Shown: piece after piece, positions 18,304 through 27,389 of the stretch
Layout of the letters: every line of letters begins with the position of its first letter
How positions within the stretch are numbered: position 1 is the first letter of the stretch
From: an uncultured Clostridia bacterium
GTDB taxonomy: Bacteria; Bacillota; Clostridia; Christensenellales; UBA1242
DNA length: 64,000 nucleotides
Direction of reading: 5' to 3'
NCBI GenBank assembly: GCA_944362545.1
Contig: CALVTJ010000002.1
Span: 36,134 to 100,133 of the forward strand
Position numbers and translations under genes: made by a program
The notes under the pieces: generated by a model
Seen by the model: the letters and a program-made list of their open reading frames with translations, nothing else
What the model was told of the DNA's origin: nothing
Databases searched by the model: none

Positions 18304-19245
18304 ATGACATCTTCAAGATATAAAAGATTGACAGGATTTGTACTTATTGTTGCCATTGCATTGGTGACCGGTTTTCTTGTTGGGAAGATTTATGTTGACA
18401 ATCTTGAACCTCCGACACAAGTCAGTGCAGAAGAGTCTTCTTTGCGAGAAAGTGAAGAAACAATAAAAGATTGGGTTGAGCAGGCAGAAAGTGGCAAAAG
18501 TGCGACCTCTTTTTCAGCTGTTGAACTTTACAATATAGCAGAATATAAACTTTACAATGCGGATAAATATTACAAAGTTATGACAGGAAAGGTCTCAAAC
18601 ACATTCAGTTCTCCACAAGAGATGAGAGGAATTAAGATTTTTAATGATGGCATTTTGGCTTATGACAAACTCAGTCCATCAAGCATTCCAATCGCAAATA
18701 TCTGCTCACGTATTGTCTATGACACTAATACAGGCAAAATCAAAATCAATTCAAATGGCAGTTGGGCGAGTGGAACTGCCGATATTACTGGTGTTTTTGA
18801 TAAAAATAAATTTGATGATTACACATTGGAGGAATACAAAGAAAAATATAATACTATTCCAACCAATGTTATGCCATATATAATTTCCAGTATTACTTGC
18901 AGTCAAGAAGGCTCCATAACGCCTGTTGTGTCAAATGGAGATGGGACATATTCTTTTTCGATAAAGTTGAGTGGAGATAATTTGACACTTGCTGCACTCT
19001 ATTATTCTTACGAAATTCAAATTTCAAGTGGAGCAATGAATTTGCCGACTTGGAAGTCTCTCCAAATGAATGTGACTATTGATGAAGATTTTAATTTTAA
19101 AACCATTAGTTATGTTGAAATTTATGGTGTTAAAATGAATATTTTGGGCGGAATATCTGCCACTGTCACCGACAATTTTGTAGATAATTTCTATTTTGGC
19201 GATGCCGTGCCAGAGATTCCGGCAGATGTTAAGGAGATTTTGTGA
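18304..19245 (+). CDS. Membrane-anchored extracytoplasmic protein, unknown function (313 aa)
   Basis: GGGAG lies 6 nt before the ATG at 18304. N-terminal TM anchor GFVLIVAIALVTGFLV. The stop overlaps the next start (TGATG). Confidence 0.6.
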   Translation: MTSSRYKRLTGFVLIVAIALVTGFLVGKIYVDNLEPPTQVSAEESSLRESEETIKDWVEQAESGKSATSFSAVELYNIAEYKLYNADKYYKVMTGKVSNTFSSPQEMRGIKIFNDGILAYDKLSPSSIPIANICSRIVYDTNTGKIKINSNGSWASGTADITGVFDKNKFDDYTLEEYKEKYNTIPTNVMPYIISSITCSQEGSITPVVSNGDGTYSFSIKLSGDNLTLAALYYSYEIQISSGAMNLPTWKSLQMNVTIDEDFNFKTISYVEIYGVKMNILGGISATVTDNFVDNFYFGDAVPEIPADVKEIL

Positions 19246-22200
19246 TGGAAGCACCAAGAAACACAAATCATAATTTTCTCCCTAGAATGTTTAAGGCGTT
19301 CACACTCTATTTTGTGATTACGCTGGCTGTTTTTTTTGGTTATGTGCAAATTTTTGGAGATATAAAACCAAAAATCATAACCTTGCCTACAGGCGATGCG
19401 GAAGCGGGGGATGAATCTCTTTTTGGACAGTTTGTTGAAAAGATGACAAACTTTCAAAATGTGGATGCAAACTTCAACCTGTCTTTTGAGAACAATTCTT
19501 TGCAGGTTGAAGCACAAGGCAATGTTGTGTTTGATATGGAAACTGGAGGATTTTCTGCTGACATTGATTTGATTTACAACGATCAGACATTTGACATTAA
19601 AGCCGTTTTTGCAAATTCAAATGTCTATCTTTCCGTGGATGAAAACACGTACAAGTTTGATACATCGAATGGTGTTGATGCATCTAGCATGTTTGATGTT
19701 TTGTCGCAGGTGATTGACTTTTCATCTGTTTTGGATGGTATTGGCGACACCTTGGGCATTGACTTGGCAAATCTTAATGTCGACAACATTTTGTCAAGTT
19801 TGACTGTTTCAAGTGAGCAGAATGAAGAAACAGGAGATATTACATTTGTGATCGGTCTTGGAAATGTGATAAGTGCACAGGTTGTGTGTGATGAGAATTT
19901 TGATATCAAGACTGTCAGACTTCGTGATGTTTTGATTTCTGGAAATAGCATAAAATTTAGTGCTATGGTCAATGGCATGAATAAGGATGACATTGCTGTA
20001 AGCTATATTGAAACAGGTGATGAGATTGATATGTCAGGGCTTGTAGACTATGTAAACTATGCTCAAAACCTTTTTGAAAATGATGTTGTTGGCGTAAATG
20101 TGACAGTGACAGCAAATGGCGAAAAGTATGATGGCAGTCTTGTTATTGACCAAACGGAAGGAATGAAGGTTGGCTTGCAGACAGCATATAATGGTTTGGA
20201 TATTGCACTTGTTTATGCGGATGATATGATTTATGTTGATGTTGGAAGTTTGAAACTTTCATTTAATGTCAATGATTTTGAAAAATGGAAAGATAAACTT
20301 GAGACAATAATTGAACATTACACATCCAAAAACACAAGTGATTTTGTCGCCGACCTTTTGGAAGAGTATTTTGATTTAAACATTGAAAGTCTTGATGCAA
20401 ATGAGATTGCAAAACAGATTTTAGGCAAATTTTTTGACAGCGAAGATAAGATATCTTCCGTTTTGCCAAACAAAACAAGTGTGAATGGCAATCAGTTTAT
20501 TCTTGATTGGGAAAATGGTTTGAAGATTGTTTTGACTCAAGCAGATGACATCCTTTCAAATGTTGATGTGACATTTGACAGCATCAACATGTTTGCCGAG
20601 TTTGAAATTTTGCAAAATGGCATCACTATCAGTGGAGATTATTTTGACTTGACAAATCTTTTGCCAATTGCAAACATTGTTGAAACAGGCATTTTTGAGG
20701 CTGACTTTACCGCATCTTATAACACTCTTGATTTGTCAGGAACAATCAAAGTGAATGGAAAAGAACTTGAAATTTCAAACTTGCTTGTGATGGGCGAATA
20801 TGCAAACATTAGACTTCATGAAAATGTGCTTTATTTTGCCTATGGAAACATGAAAGTCAAGTTTGATTTGAATGATATTCAAAATGGAAATGTTGACATC
20901 AAGCAAGTGCTCAATCAAATCACTTCACAAAGTTTTGGCGTAGAGATTGATTTTGGAGTGTTTAAAGAGTTGGTTGATATGTTGACAAACTGGACAATGC
21001 AAGATTTTCTTGATAGACTCACTATCACACTTGATGGAAATGCTGACAGGATAAGTTTGACATTGGAAAACGAGAAAAATTATACTTCATCGAAAATTTT
21101 GACTGCGTATATCGACTTTTTGAACAACAATCTTTCAAATGTGCAGGTCAATCTTTATGATGTTGTAAGGGCGAACTTGCAAGTTTTGTCAACAGACACT
21201 TCGACAATTGAACCATTTAATGAAGAAGATTATCAAGATTATTCATCCGATTTTGTTAGCGGAATGTTTGACAGTTTGAAGGTGGCCGAAGATGTTTATG
21301 CACTTTCAAGCAACATTGCAATCCGCTACAGCACGAACAATTTCTATGGGCAATTGACTGCAATGCTTGTGATGGATGAAAATGCCGATGAATTTGGCGG
21401 ATTTATGCCGGCGGTGTCAATTTATACCACTTCGCTTGGACTTGACAGTTATGTTTATCTGATTGGAAAAGATGTTTATGTTGATATAAATGGTCTTCAG
21501 GTGACTGCTGATTTGAGTCAAGACACAATAGATGAAATTTTGGGTTTTGTTGAAGATAACTTTGCCATCTCTCTCGGTGGAGAGACATTGACCACCACAA
21601 CAACAGCATTCAGAGTTATTTTGCCAGCACTTGACCAAATTTATGGACATTGGGTTGCGGGAGAATTTGGGAATGGACTTCAGATTGATATCAATGATGA
21701 CTTGTGGTATCAAGAAAATGCAAGATTTTATGACATTGTCCTGCAAATTTTGATTGATAACTATCAAAACACAATCATTCCAACTCAAATTGTTGTTGGA
21801 GCAAACATTGAAGATGAAAACACAACAGTTTATGATGATTACAGCGATGCTTGGCTGAAAAACGGAGATGAACTGTTGGAAAAAGAATTGACACAACAAC
21901 TCAACTTTGCAGTTTATTTGACTGATATTGTTGTGGGTTCAAATATCGAAAATCTTGCATCAATTTTTGTCACTGATGGTGGTTGGGAAAACATTATTGC
22001 CGTAAAATCAAACTACGGAACAACAAATCTTGCTGATTTCAATTCTTACAAGACTTTACTTGACTTTACCGAAACCGTTGTTGACTATGGCAAATCATTG
22101 AATTATCAATTTGATATCACTGCAAGCATTGCAAATGATACATCAACAACCACACTTGGTGGAGATGCAATTATTGAGGTTGGAGATTTGCCAGAAGGGG

Positions 22201-23729
22201 CAGAAAACACCAGCGGTTTTGAACTTTTTGATGGAAAGTTTTTGAAGGTTCAAAGCGGACTTGACATAACTGCAGGAGACACAAGACATCTTGTTGACTT
22301 GTTATATGAAAGCAATGATTCCAGCGCACTTTATGTGACATATTCGCATGGTGCAGAAATTGATGCGGGCAACAAGTTTAGAGCAAAGGTCAATAATTCA
22401 AATTTGAGTGAAATCATTTCAATGCTTTTGAAGTTTGCAAATATTGACATTGGAAATGATCTAATGACAGCATTGAGTTTGCAAGAGAGTAATATTGATT
22501 TTAGGTTTGTTCAGTCTTTGCTTGGAATAACAGAAAATGATATAAGTGATGATGTTTCACATGTTGACCAAATTTTGAGTTCTGTTGAAAATATCACAAA
22601 AATGTTGCATTTAATCACATTGCAAAAAACACAAATGGGAAATGGCTTGTTTGAAACATCAATTAAAATTCAAATTGACATCAACGGCAAGATTGCTGTT
22701 GCCACATTTGTGACTCGTGAAGAATTGCAAGAAAATGGCCAAGTGTCAACAGTTTTGAGAAATATCAGTGTGGAAAACCTTGTGTTTGGTGAAAATGTTT
22801 TGAGCATTACAATTCAAATTCAGGATTTTGATTCAAATAATTTTGATTATAACACGCAGGAGACACACATTGATTTCAGTGATATCTCAAGTTTTGTGGA
22901 TGTTGCAGTAAACACATTAAACACAAAGGGTGCGAGTTTCAAAGGCTCAACTACTATCTCAATTCCTTTGTTTGGAGACATCAATGTTGGGTTTGATGTG
23001 TTTATGGGACTTGATGAACATAATGAATTTTACCTTTATCTTGAACTTGATGTTGGAGAAAAGAGAGAAATTACATGGACTGCTGTGAAAGGCAATGATA
23101 CTTATACCACTTATAATGTTGTATTGGCCAGAAAACCTTGGGATAAGAGAATAACAACTGTTGAATATAAATCCGGAGTATTGAATATTGTCAACACAAC
23201 TTATGGCAGTCGTTCAACTGATTTGTCATCCCCGAAAGATATCGTTAAAACATATTCTTATAAAGCTGAAGATATAGGACAAAATTTGATGCTAATTATG
23301 GCACAAGCACTTGGTCTTACCAATGTTGGCTATGATGCCATTAAGTTGGCGATCGAGATGATGGATCCTAATCCAACTATTGAACAGGCAGTAAAAGGTT
23401 TTTCTTATAATTCTAACAATTATTCTTTGACTATAAACGCAGAAAATCTTACAGGAATGAGTGGAATCCGTGACATTACATTAAATATTGGTGTAAGCAA
23501 AGATTATGTCGTGGATGTGGACAACAGTGAATTGGGGACATACCAAAAATCTCACAAATTTATTGATAAAATAACCACAGAAATCAACATTGCAGACATT
23601 ATTGTGATTCCATTGACATTGCAGTCTGTTGAAGGAACAAATTACACAACAGCAGGGGGAAGGTTGATTTACACAAATGAATATTACAGGCAACAATATT
23701 TGACCAGCATTGGAAAGATTGTCAGTTAA
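19245..23729 (+). CDS. Giant membrane-anchored protein, unknown function (1494 aa) with internally repeated modules
   Basis: Translationally coupled to the upstream gene. N-terminal TM helix FTLYFVITLAVFFGYV. The rest is beta-rich and N/D/T-rich, with a recurring Y-V/L-x-V...K-F-D/N motif roughly every 200 aa. Confidence 0.65.
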   Translation: MEAPRNTNHNFLPRMFKAFTLYFVITLAVFFGYVQIFGDIKPKIITLPTGDAEAGDESLFGQFVEKMTNFQNVDANFNLSFENNSLQVEAQGNVVFDMETGGFSADIDLIYNDQTFDIKAVFANSNVYLSVDENTYKFDTSNGVDASSMFDVLSQVIDFSSVLDGIGDTLGIDLANLNVDNILSSLTVSSEQNEETGDITFVIGLGNVISAQVVCDENFDIKTVRLRDVLISGNSIKFSAMVNGMNKDDIAVSYIETGDEIDMSGLVDYVNYAQNLFENDVVGVNVTVTANGEKYDGSLVIDQTEGMKVGLQTAYNGLDIALVYADDMIYVDVGSLKLSFNVNDFEKWKDKLETIIEHYTSKNTSDFVADLLEEYFDLNIESLDANEIAKQILGKFFDSEDKISSVLPNKTSVNGNQFILDWENGLKIVLTQADDILSNVDVTFDSINMFAEFEILQNGITISGDYFDLTNLLPIANIVETGIFEADFTASYNTLDLSGTIKVNGKELEISNLLVMGEYANIRLHENVLYFAYGNMKVKFDLNDIQNGNVDIKQVLNQITSQSFGVEIDFGVFKELVDMLTNWTMQDFLDRLTITLDGNADRISLTLENEKNYTSSKILTAYIDFLNNNLSNVQVNLYDVVRANLQVLSTDTSTIEPFNEEDYQDYSSDFVSGMFDSLKVAEDVYALSSNIAIRYSTNNFYGQLTAMLVMDENADEFGGFMPAVSIYTTSLGLDSYVYLIGKDVYVDINGLQVTADLSQDTIDEILGFVEDNFAISLGGETLTTTTTAFRVILPALDQIYGHWVAGEFGNGLQIDINDDLWYQENARFYDIVLQILIDNYQNTIIPTQIVVGANIEDENTTVYDDYSDAWLKNGDELLEKELTQQLNFAVYLTDIVVGSNIENLASIFVTDGGWENIIAVKSNYGTTNLADFNSYKTLLDFTETVVDYGKSLNYQFDITASIANDTSTTTLGGDAIIEVGDLPEGAENTSGFELFDGKFLKVQSGLDITAGDTRHLVDLLYESNDSSALYVTYSHGAEIDAGNKFRAKVNNSNLSEIISMLLKFANIDIGNDLMTALSLQESNIDFRFVQSLLGITENDISDDVSHVDQILSSVENITKMLHLITLQKTQMGNGLFETSIKIQIDINGKIAVATFVTREELQENGQVSTVLRNISVENLVFGENVLSITIQIQDFDSNNFDYNTQETHIDFSDISSFVDVAVNTLNTKGASFKGSTTISIPLFGDINVGFDVFMGLDEHNEFYLYLELDVGEKREITWTAVKGNDTYTTYNVVLARKPWDKRITTVEYKSGVLNIVNTTYGSRSTDLSSPKDIVKTYSYKAEDIGQNLMLIMAQALGLTNVGYDAIKLAIEMMDPNPTIEQAVKGFSYNSNNYSLTINAENLTGMSGIRDITLNIGVSKDYVVDVDNSELGTYQKSHKFIDKITTEINIADIIVIPLTLQSVEGTNYTTAGGRLIYTNEYYRQQYLTSIGKIVS

Positions 23730-23746
23730 GTAAAAATAAATAAAAA

Positions 23747-23777
23747 AGATAGGCTTGAAATGACCTATCTTTTTTTG
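23747..23777. terminator. Bidirectional terminator between the giant gene and metG
   Basis: agatagg / cctatct 7-bp stem flanked by an A-run and a T-run. Confidence 0.6.
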
Positions 23778-23781
23778 TCTT

Positions 23782-25512
23782 TTATCTCTTTTTTAGTTCG
23801 CTGATGTCAAATGGATGCGAAAGAGTGGATTTATATCTTTCAATTGTTTCATCATCCAGGCGTGCAAACAGTGGTTTTGGAGAGTTTGTCGTGTGTGACT
23901 TTGAAATGTCAATTTGGCTCGCTTTTTGCCATATTTCAGAGGCATCTGGGCGACCTGTGAAGTTGAGTTGTTCTGTCCATATTTGTGCTGTTCTGTTTGG
24001 AATGATCGGACTCGCTACAATAGCAAGTGCTTTTGCCATGTTCAAACACAGATAAAGCACTTTTTTTGCACTTTCCATGTCTCCATTTTTGATGAGTGTC
24101 CATGGTGCAGATTTTTCAAGATAGATGTTTCCTATGCTTGCAAAACGCATGATTTCTTTGTATGCCGACCTAAATTCTGTTTGGGCATAAAGGTCGCCAA
24201 TTTGATCTGGCAGGGTGGTGATTGCATCTACCATTTCTCTGTCATTGTCATTGAGATGGTTTTTGATGTCATCAAAGTCGATGCCAAGACAACCAGCAAA
24301 GTTTTTGTGTATCATGTTTAATGTGCGGTTGAAGAAGTTGCCATATTTACCAACAAGTTCGGCATTTGTGTTGAGTTTAAACCCTTCATATGTGAAGTCG
24401 CTGTCCTTGTTTTCCGGGAAGATAGACACAAGATATGCGCGCAGAGCATCAATATCAATATCGCTATCCATGAGATTATTACAGAAAATACCAATTTTCT
24501 TTGATTTTGAAAATTTTTGTCCCTCAAAATTCAGGAAATTGAAACCGACAACATTTTCGGCAAGGTTATACTTTTTGCAAGCAAGTTCCATACTTGGAAA
24601 GAAAATTGCGTGAAAATCGATGTTATCTTTGCCAATGAAGTTGTATATTTTGCAGTCCTTGTTTTGCCAGCGGTCCTTGACCATGTCATCTCCTCCGAGT
24701 TCTTTGGTGATGGAAATGTAGCCAATAGGCGCATCAAACCAGACATAGAAAACTTTATCCTCATAACCTTTGAGTGGCACTTTGATGCCCCAAGGAATGT
24801 CACGAGTGATACAACGCGGTTGTAGTCCTTCTTTAAACCACTTGTTTGTCATACTATAAACATGAGGACGCCAAACATCTTTCTTGCTTTCTACCCATTT
24901 TTGAAGTTGTGGCTGAATTTTGTCGAGTGAAACATAAATGTGTTTTGTCGATTTTTTGACAGCATCTTTGCCACAAAAACTGCACTTTGGATTGATAAGA
25001 TTATCAAGTTCGTATGTTTTGCCACAGTTGTCGCATTGGTCGCCATAGGCTTTGTCGTATCCGCAATATGGGCAGGTGCCATAGACAAATCTGTCAGCAA
25101 GAGCTATTTTGTCATGCTCGCAATAGAGCATGGTGCTTTCCTTCTCGACCGTGTAGCCATTTTTGTAAATCTCGTTGAAAAAGTCGACTGTGACTTCTTT
25201 GTGAGTTTCGTTGTTTGTTCCGCTGAAAATATCAAAACTGATATCCAATTTTTTTGCAATATCTTTGATTTTTGTATTCATAGTATGGATGAATTCTTCT
25301 GGTTTCAGACCGACTTCTCTTGCCGAGATGAAACTTGCGGTGCCATAATCATCAGTTCCACTTACATAGATTACATCATCACCGGCGGTTCTGTGATAGC
25401 GTGCAAAGATGTCGCCAGGGAGCCAACATCCAACAACATGTCCAAGATGTGGCAGTCCATTAACATACAAAAGTGCAGAGGTGACTAATATTTTTTCCTT
25501 TTTCTTTTTCAT
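23782..25512 (-). CDS. metG: Methionyl-tRNA synthetase
   Basis: HIGH motif NGLPHLGH, zinc knuckles CPYCGYDKAYGDQCDNCG and CSFCG, KMSKS variant KFSKSKK. Confidence 0.95.
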   Translation of the reverse strand: MKKKKEKILVTSALLYVNGLPHLGHVVGCWLPGDIFARYHRTAGDDVIYVSGTDDYGTASFISAREVGLKPEEFIHTMNTKIKDIAKKLDISFDIFSGTNNETHKEVTVDFFNEIYKNGYTVEKESTMLYCEHDKIALADRFVYGTCPYCGYDKAYGDQCDNCGKTYELDNLINPKCSFCGKDAVKKSTKHIYVSLDKIQPQLQKWVESKKDVWRPHVYSMTNKWFKEGLQPRCITRDIPWGIKVPLKGYEDKVFYVWFDAPIGYISITKELGGDDMVKDRWQNKDCKIYNFIGKDNIDFHAIFFPSMELACKKYNLAENVVGFNFLNFEGQKFSKSKKIGIFCNNLMDSDIDIDALRAYLVSIFPENKDSDFTYEGFKLNTNAELVGKYGNFFNRTLNMIHKNFAGCLGIDFDDIKNHLNDNDREMVDAITTLPDQIGDLYAQTEFRSAYKEIMRFASIGNIYLEKSAPWTLIKNGDMESAKKVLYLCLNMAKALAIVASPIIPNRTAQIWTEQLNFTGRPDASEIWQKASQIDISKSHTTNSPKPLFARLDDETIERYKSTLSHPFDISELKKR

Positions 25513-25638
25513 AAATTTATCCTTCTTTTTTCAAAAATGTGTGATTTTTTTCTGTTTTTTTAATAAAAATGCTGTTTTTTTGCAATTTTTATATTTTTGC
25601 AATTTTTGATTTTACAAAAATTAAATTTTTTTCATTTT

Positions 25639-26961
25639 TTATTCACACATTCGGTCGTCTTTGATTTTTTCAACAATTTTTTCGATAGGAAGTTTTTCCT
25701 GACTTGATGTTGCCATATTTTTGAGAGTGTATTGTTTTGATTGGAATTCATCACTGCCGACAATCAAAACATATTTTATGTTTCTGCGATTTGCTTCTTT
25801 CATTTTTGACTTGAATGTCTTGTTTTCATAAAGGCAATCTGCTCTCACACCATTATCTCTCAAAAGAGTTGTCAAACGCAAGCCTTCTTCCAAAGTGTCA
25901 TCAAAAGTGATGATGGCACACTCAATTTCGTTGTATTTTTCGAGGTTGAAGTAATTTTCTTTAAGCAAAATGTCAAACAGGCGGGTGACTCCTACGCTCA
26001 TTCCAACACCGGGCATTTTCTTATCAGAAAAATAACTGCAAAGATTGTCAAATCTTCCACCACCACCAATCGCTCCGAGTTCTTCTTTTCCTTTTATAAA
26101 GCCTTCAAAAACTGTGCCGGTGTAATAATTGTGTCCGCGAATGATTGAAAGGTCAAATGTGACTGCTGTTGCACCGAATGATTTGAGATATTTGTTTGTC
26201 TCTTCAAGTTCATCAATGCCTTGGCAAAAAAGTTGGTTTTTGCTAAAGTTTCGCAAAATTGACAAAATTTCCTCATTTTTTCCTGATAATTGTGCAATTT
26301 TTGTGATTTTTTCGCTATTTTCCTGTGAAAGTCCAATTTCTTTGAGTTGTGACACAATTTCTGTATATGGAAGTTTTGCTAATTTGTCCAAAACAATAAA
26401 GATGTATGTCGATTTTTCTTCCATCCCGATTTCTTGAATGAAACCGGCAAGTATTTTTCTGTTTGAGAGATGAATTTCAACATCAAGTTTGAGTGCTTTG
26501 AAGCATTTTTCAAAAAGAGACACACATTCTGCATCAGCAACAAGTGAAAGGGTTTCATTTCCAATGATGTCAGCATCACATTGATAAAATTCTCTGAAAC
26601 GCCCCTTTTGTGGTCGTTCTCCGCGATAAACTTTTCCTATTTGATATCTTTTGAATGGAAAGTTAAGCTCTTCTTTGTGCATGGCGACAAAGCGTGCAAG
26701 AGGCACCGTTAAATCATATCTCATGCACATGTCAGTTGAGCCTTTTGTGAAGCGATAGACCTCTTTGTCTGTGTCTCCACCACTTTTTGCAAGCAGTGTT
26801 TCAGAGTATTCTAGCACAGGAGTGTCAAGTGGAACAAAGCAGTTTTCTTTAAAAGTATCTTCTATGGTGTTTAAAAAAGATGAGAACAGCATTTGTTGCT
26901 TTGGCATAAGTTCCCAAAACCCTTGCAACTTTCTCGGAATAATCAGATGTGAATTGTTCAT
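25639..26961 (-). CDS. hisS: Histidyl-tRNA synthetase
   Basis: Class II motifs RYDLTVPLARFVA, FREFYQCDADIIG and GGGGRFDNL. The C-terminal anticodon-binding domain is present (IKYVLIVGSDE). Confidence 0.93.
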   Translation of the reverse strand: MNNSHLIIPRKLQGFWELMPKQQMLFSSFLNTIEDTFKENCFVPLDTPVLEYSETLLAKSGGDTDKEVYRFTKGSTDMCMRYDLTVPLARFVAMHKEELNFPFKRYQIGKVYRGERPQKGRFREFYQCDADIIGNETLSLVADAECVSLFEKCFKALKLDVEIHLSNRKILAGFIQEIGMEEKSTYIFIVLDKLAKLPYTEIVSQLKEIGLSQENSEKITKIAQLSGKNEEILSILRNFSKNQLFCQGIDELEETNKYLKSFGATAVTFDLSIIRGHNYYTGTVFEGFIKGKEELGAIGGGGRFDNLCSYFSDKKMPGVGMSVGVTRLFDILLKENYFNLEKYNEIECAIITFDDTLEEGLRLTTLLRDNGVRADCLYENKTFKSKMKEANRRNIKYVLIVGSDEFQSKQYTLKNMATSSQEKLPIEKIVEKIKDDRMCE

Positions 26962-27078
26962 TTTTTCTCCTTGAAATTTCTTGTAATAATGTGTGTAAAT
27001 ATATAATATTTTTCTTTAAATTCTAATATAATTTTTTGATAATTGTCAATGTTTTTGTTCAGTTTTAAGGTCTAAAGT

Positions 27079-27259
27079 TGTGCACAAAGATTTTCCACTT
27101 ATCCACAAATTTATATTTATTCACAGCAATTTATGTTTATACAAACAGTGTTTTTTTGAGAAAATGTGAAGAAAACCACATGAGTTATCCACATTTCCAC
27201 ATTTTTGTGGACAATTCTTTCAAAAATCATTACATATACCATGATTTTTGTGAATATAA
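27079..27259. promoter_or_regulatory. DnaA-box cluster
   Basis: Perfect TTATCCACA at 27099-27107 and 27185-27193. One-mismatch boxes are TTATTCACA (27117-27125) and TGTGGACAA (27206-27214, reverse complement of TTGTCCACA). Two-mismatch boxes lie at 27079-27087, 27193-27201 and 27249-27257. Confidence 0.75.
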
Positions 27260-27389
27260 TTGTGTAAAACTTTATTTTTATGCAAAGTAGATTTTTCGAC
27301 ATTTATGTATAATTTTTTTTGTGTTTAAAAGGGACTAAAAATATTTATGAATTTATACATTTTTGATGTATAAAAATGCACTACAAATT

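Noticed and set aside
26962-27389. Possible T-box leader upstream of hisS (also considered upstream of metG and glnS)
   Set aside because: No T-box consensus (…GGTGGTACCGCG…) or specifier/antiterminator architecture is visible on the minus strand. The metG and glnS upstream regions are too short. The hisS spacer is better explained by the DnaA-box cluster plus a promoter.
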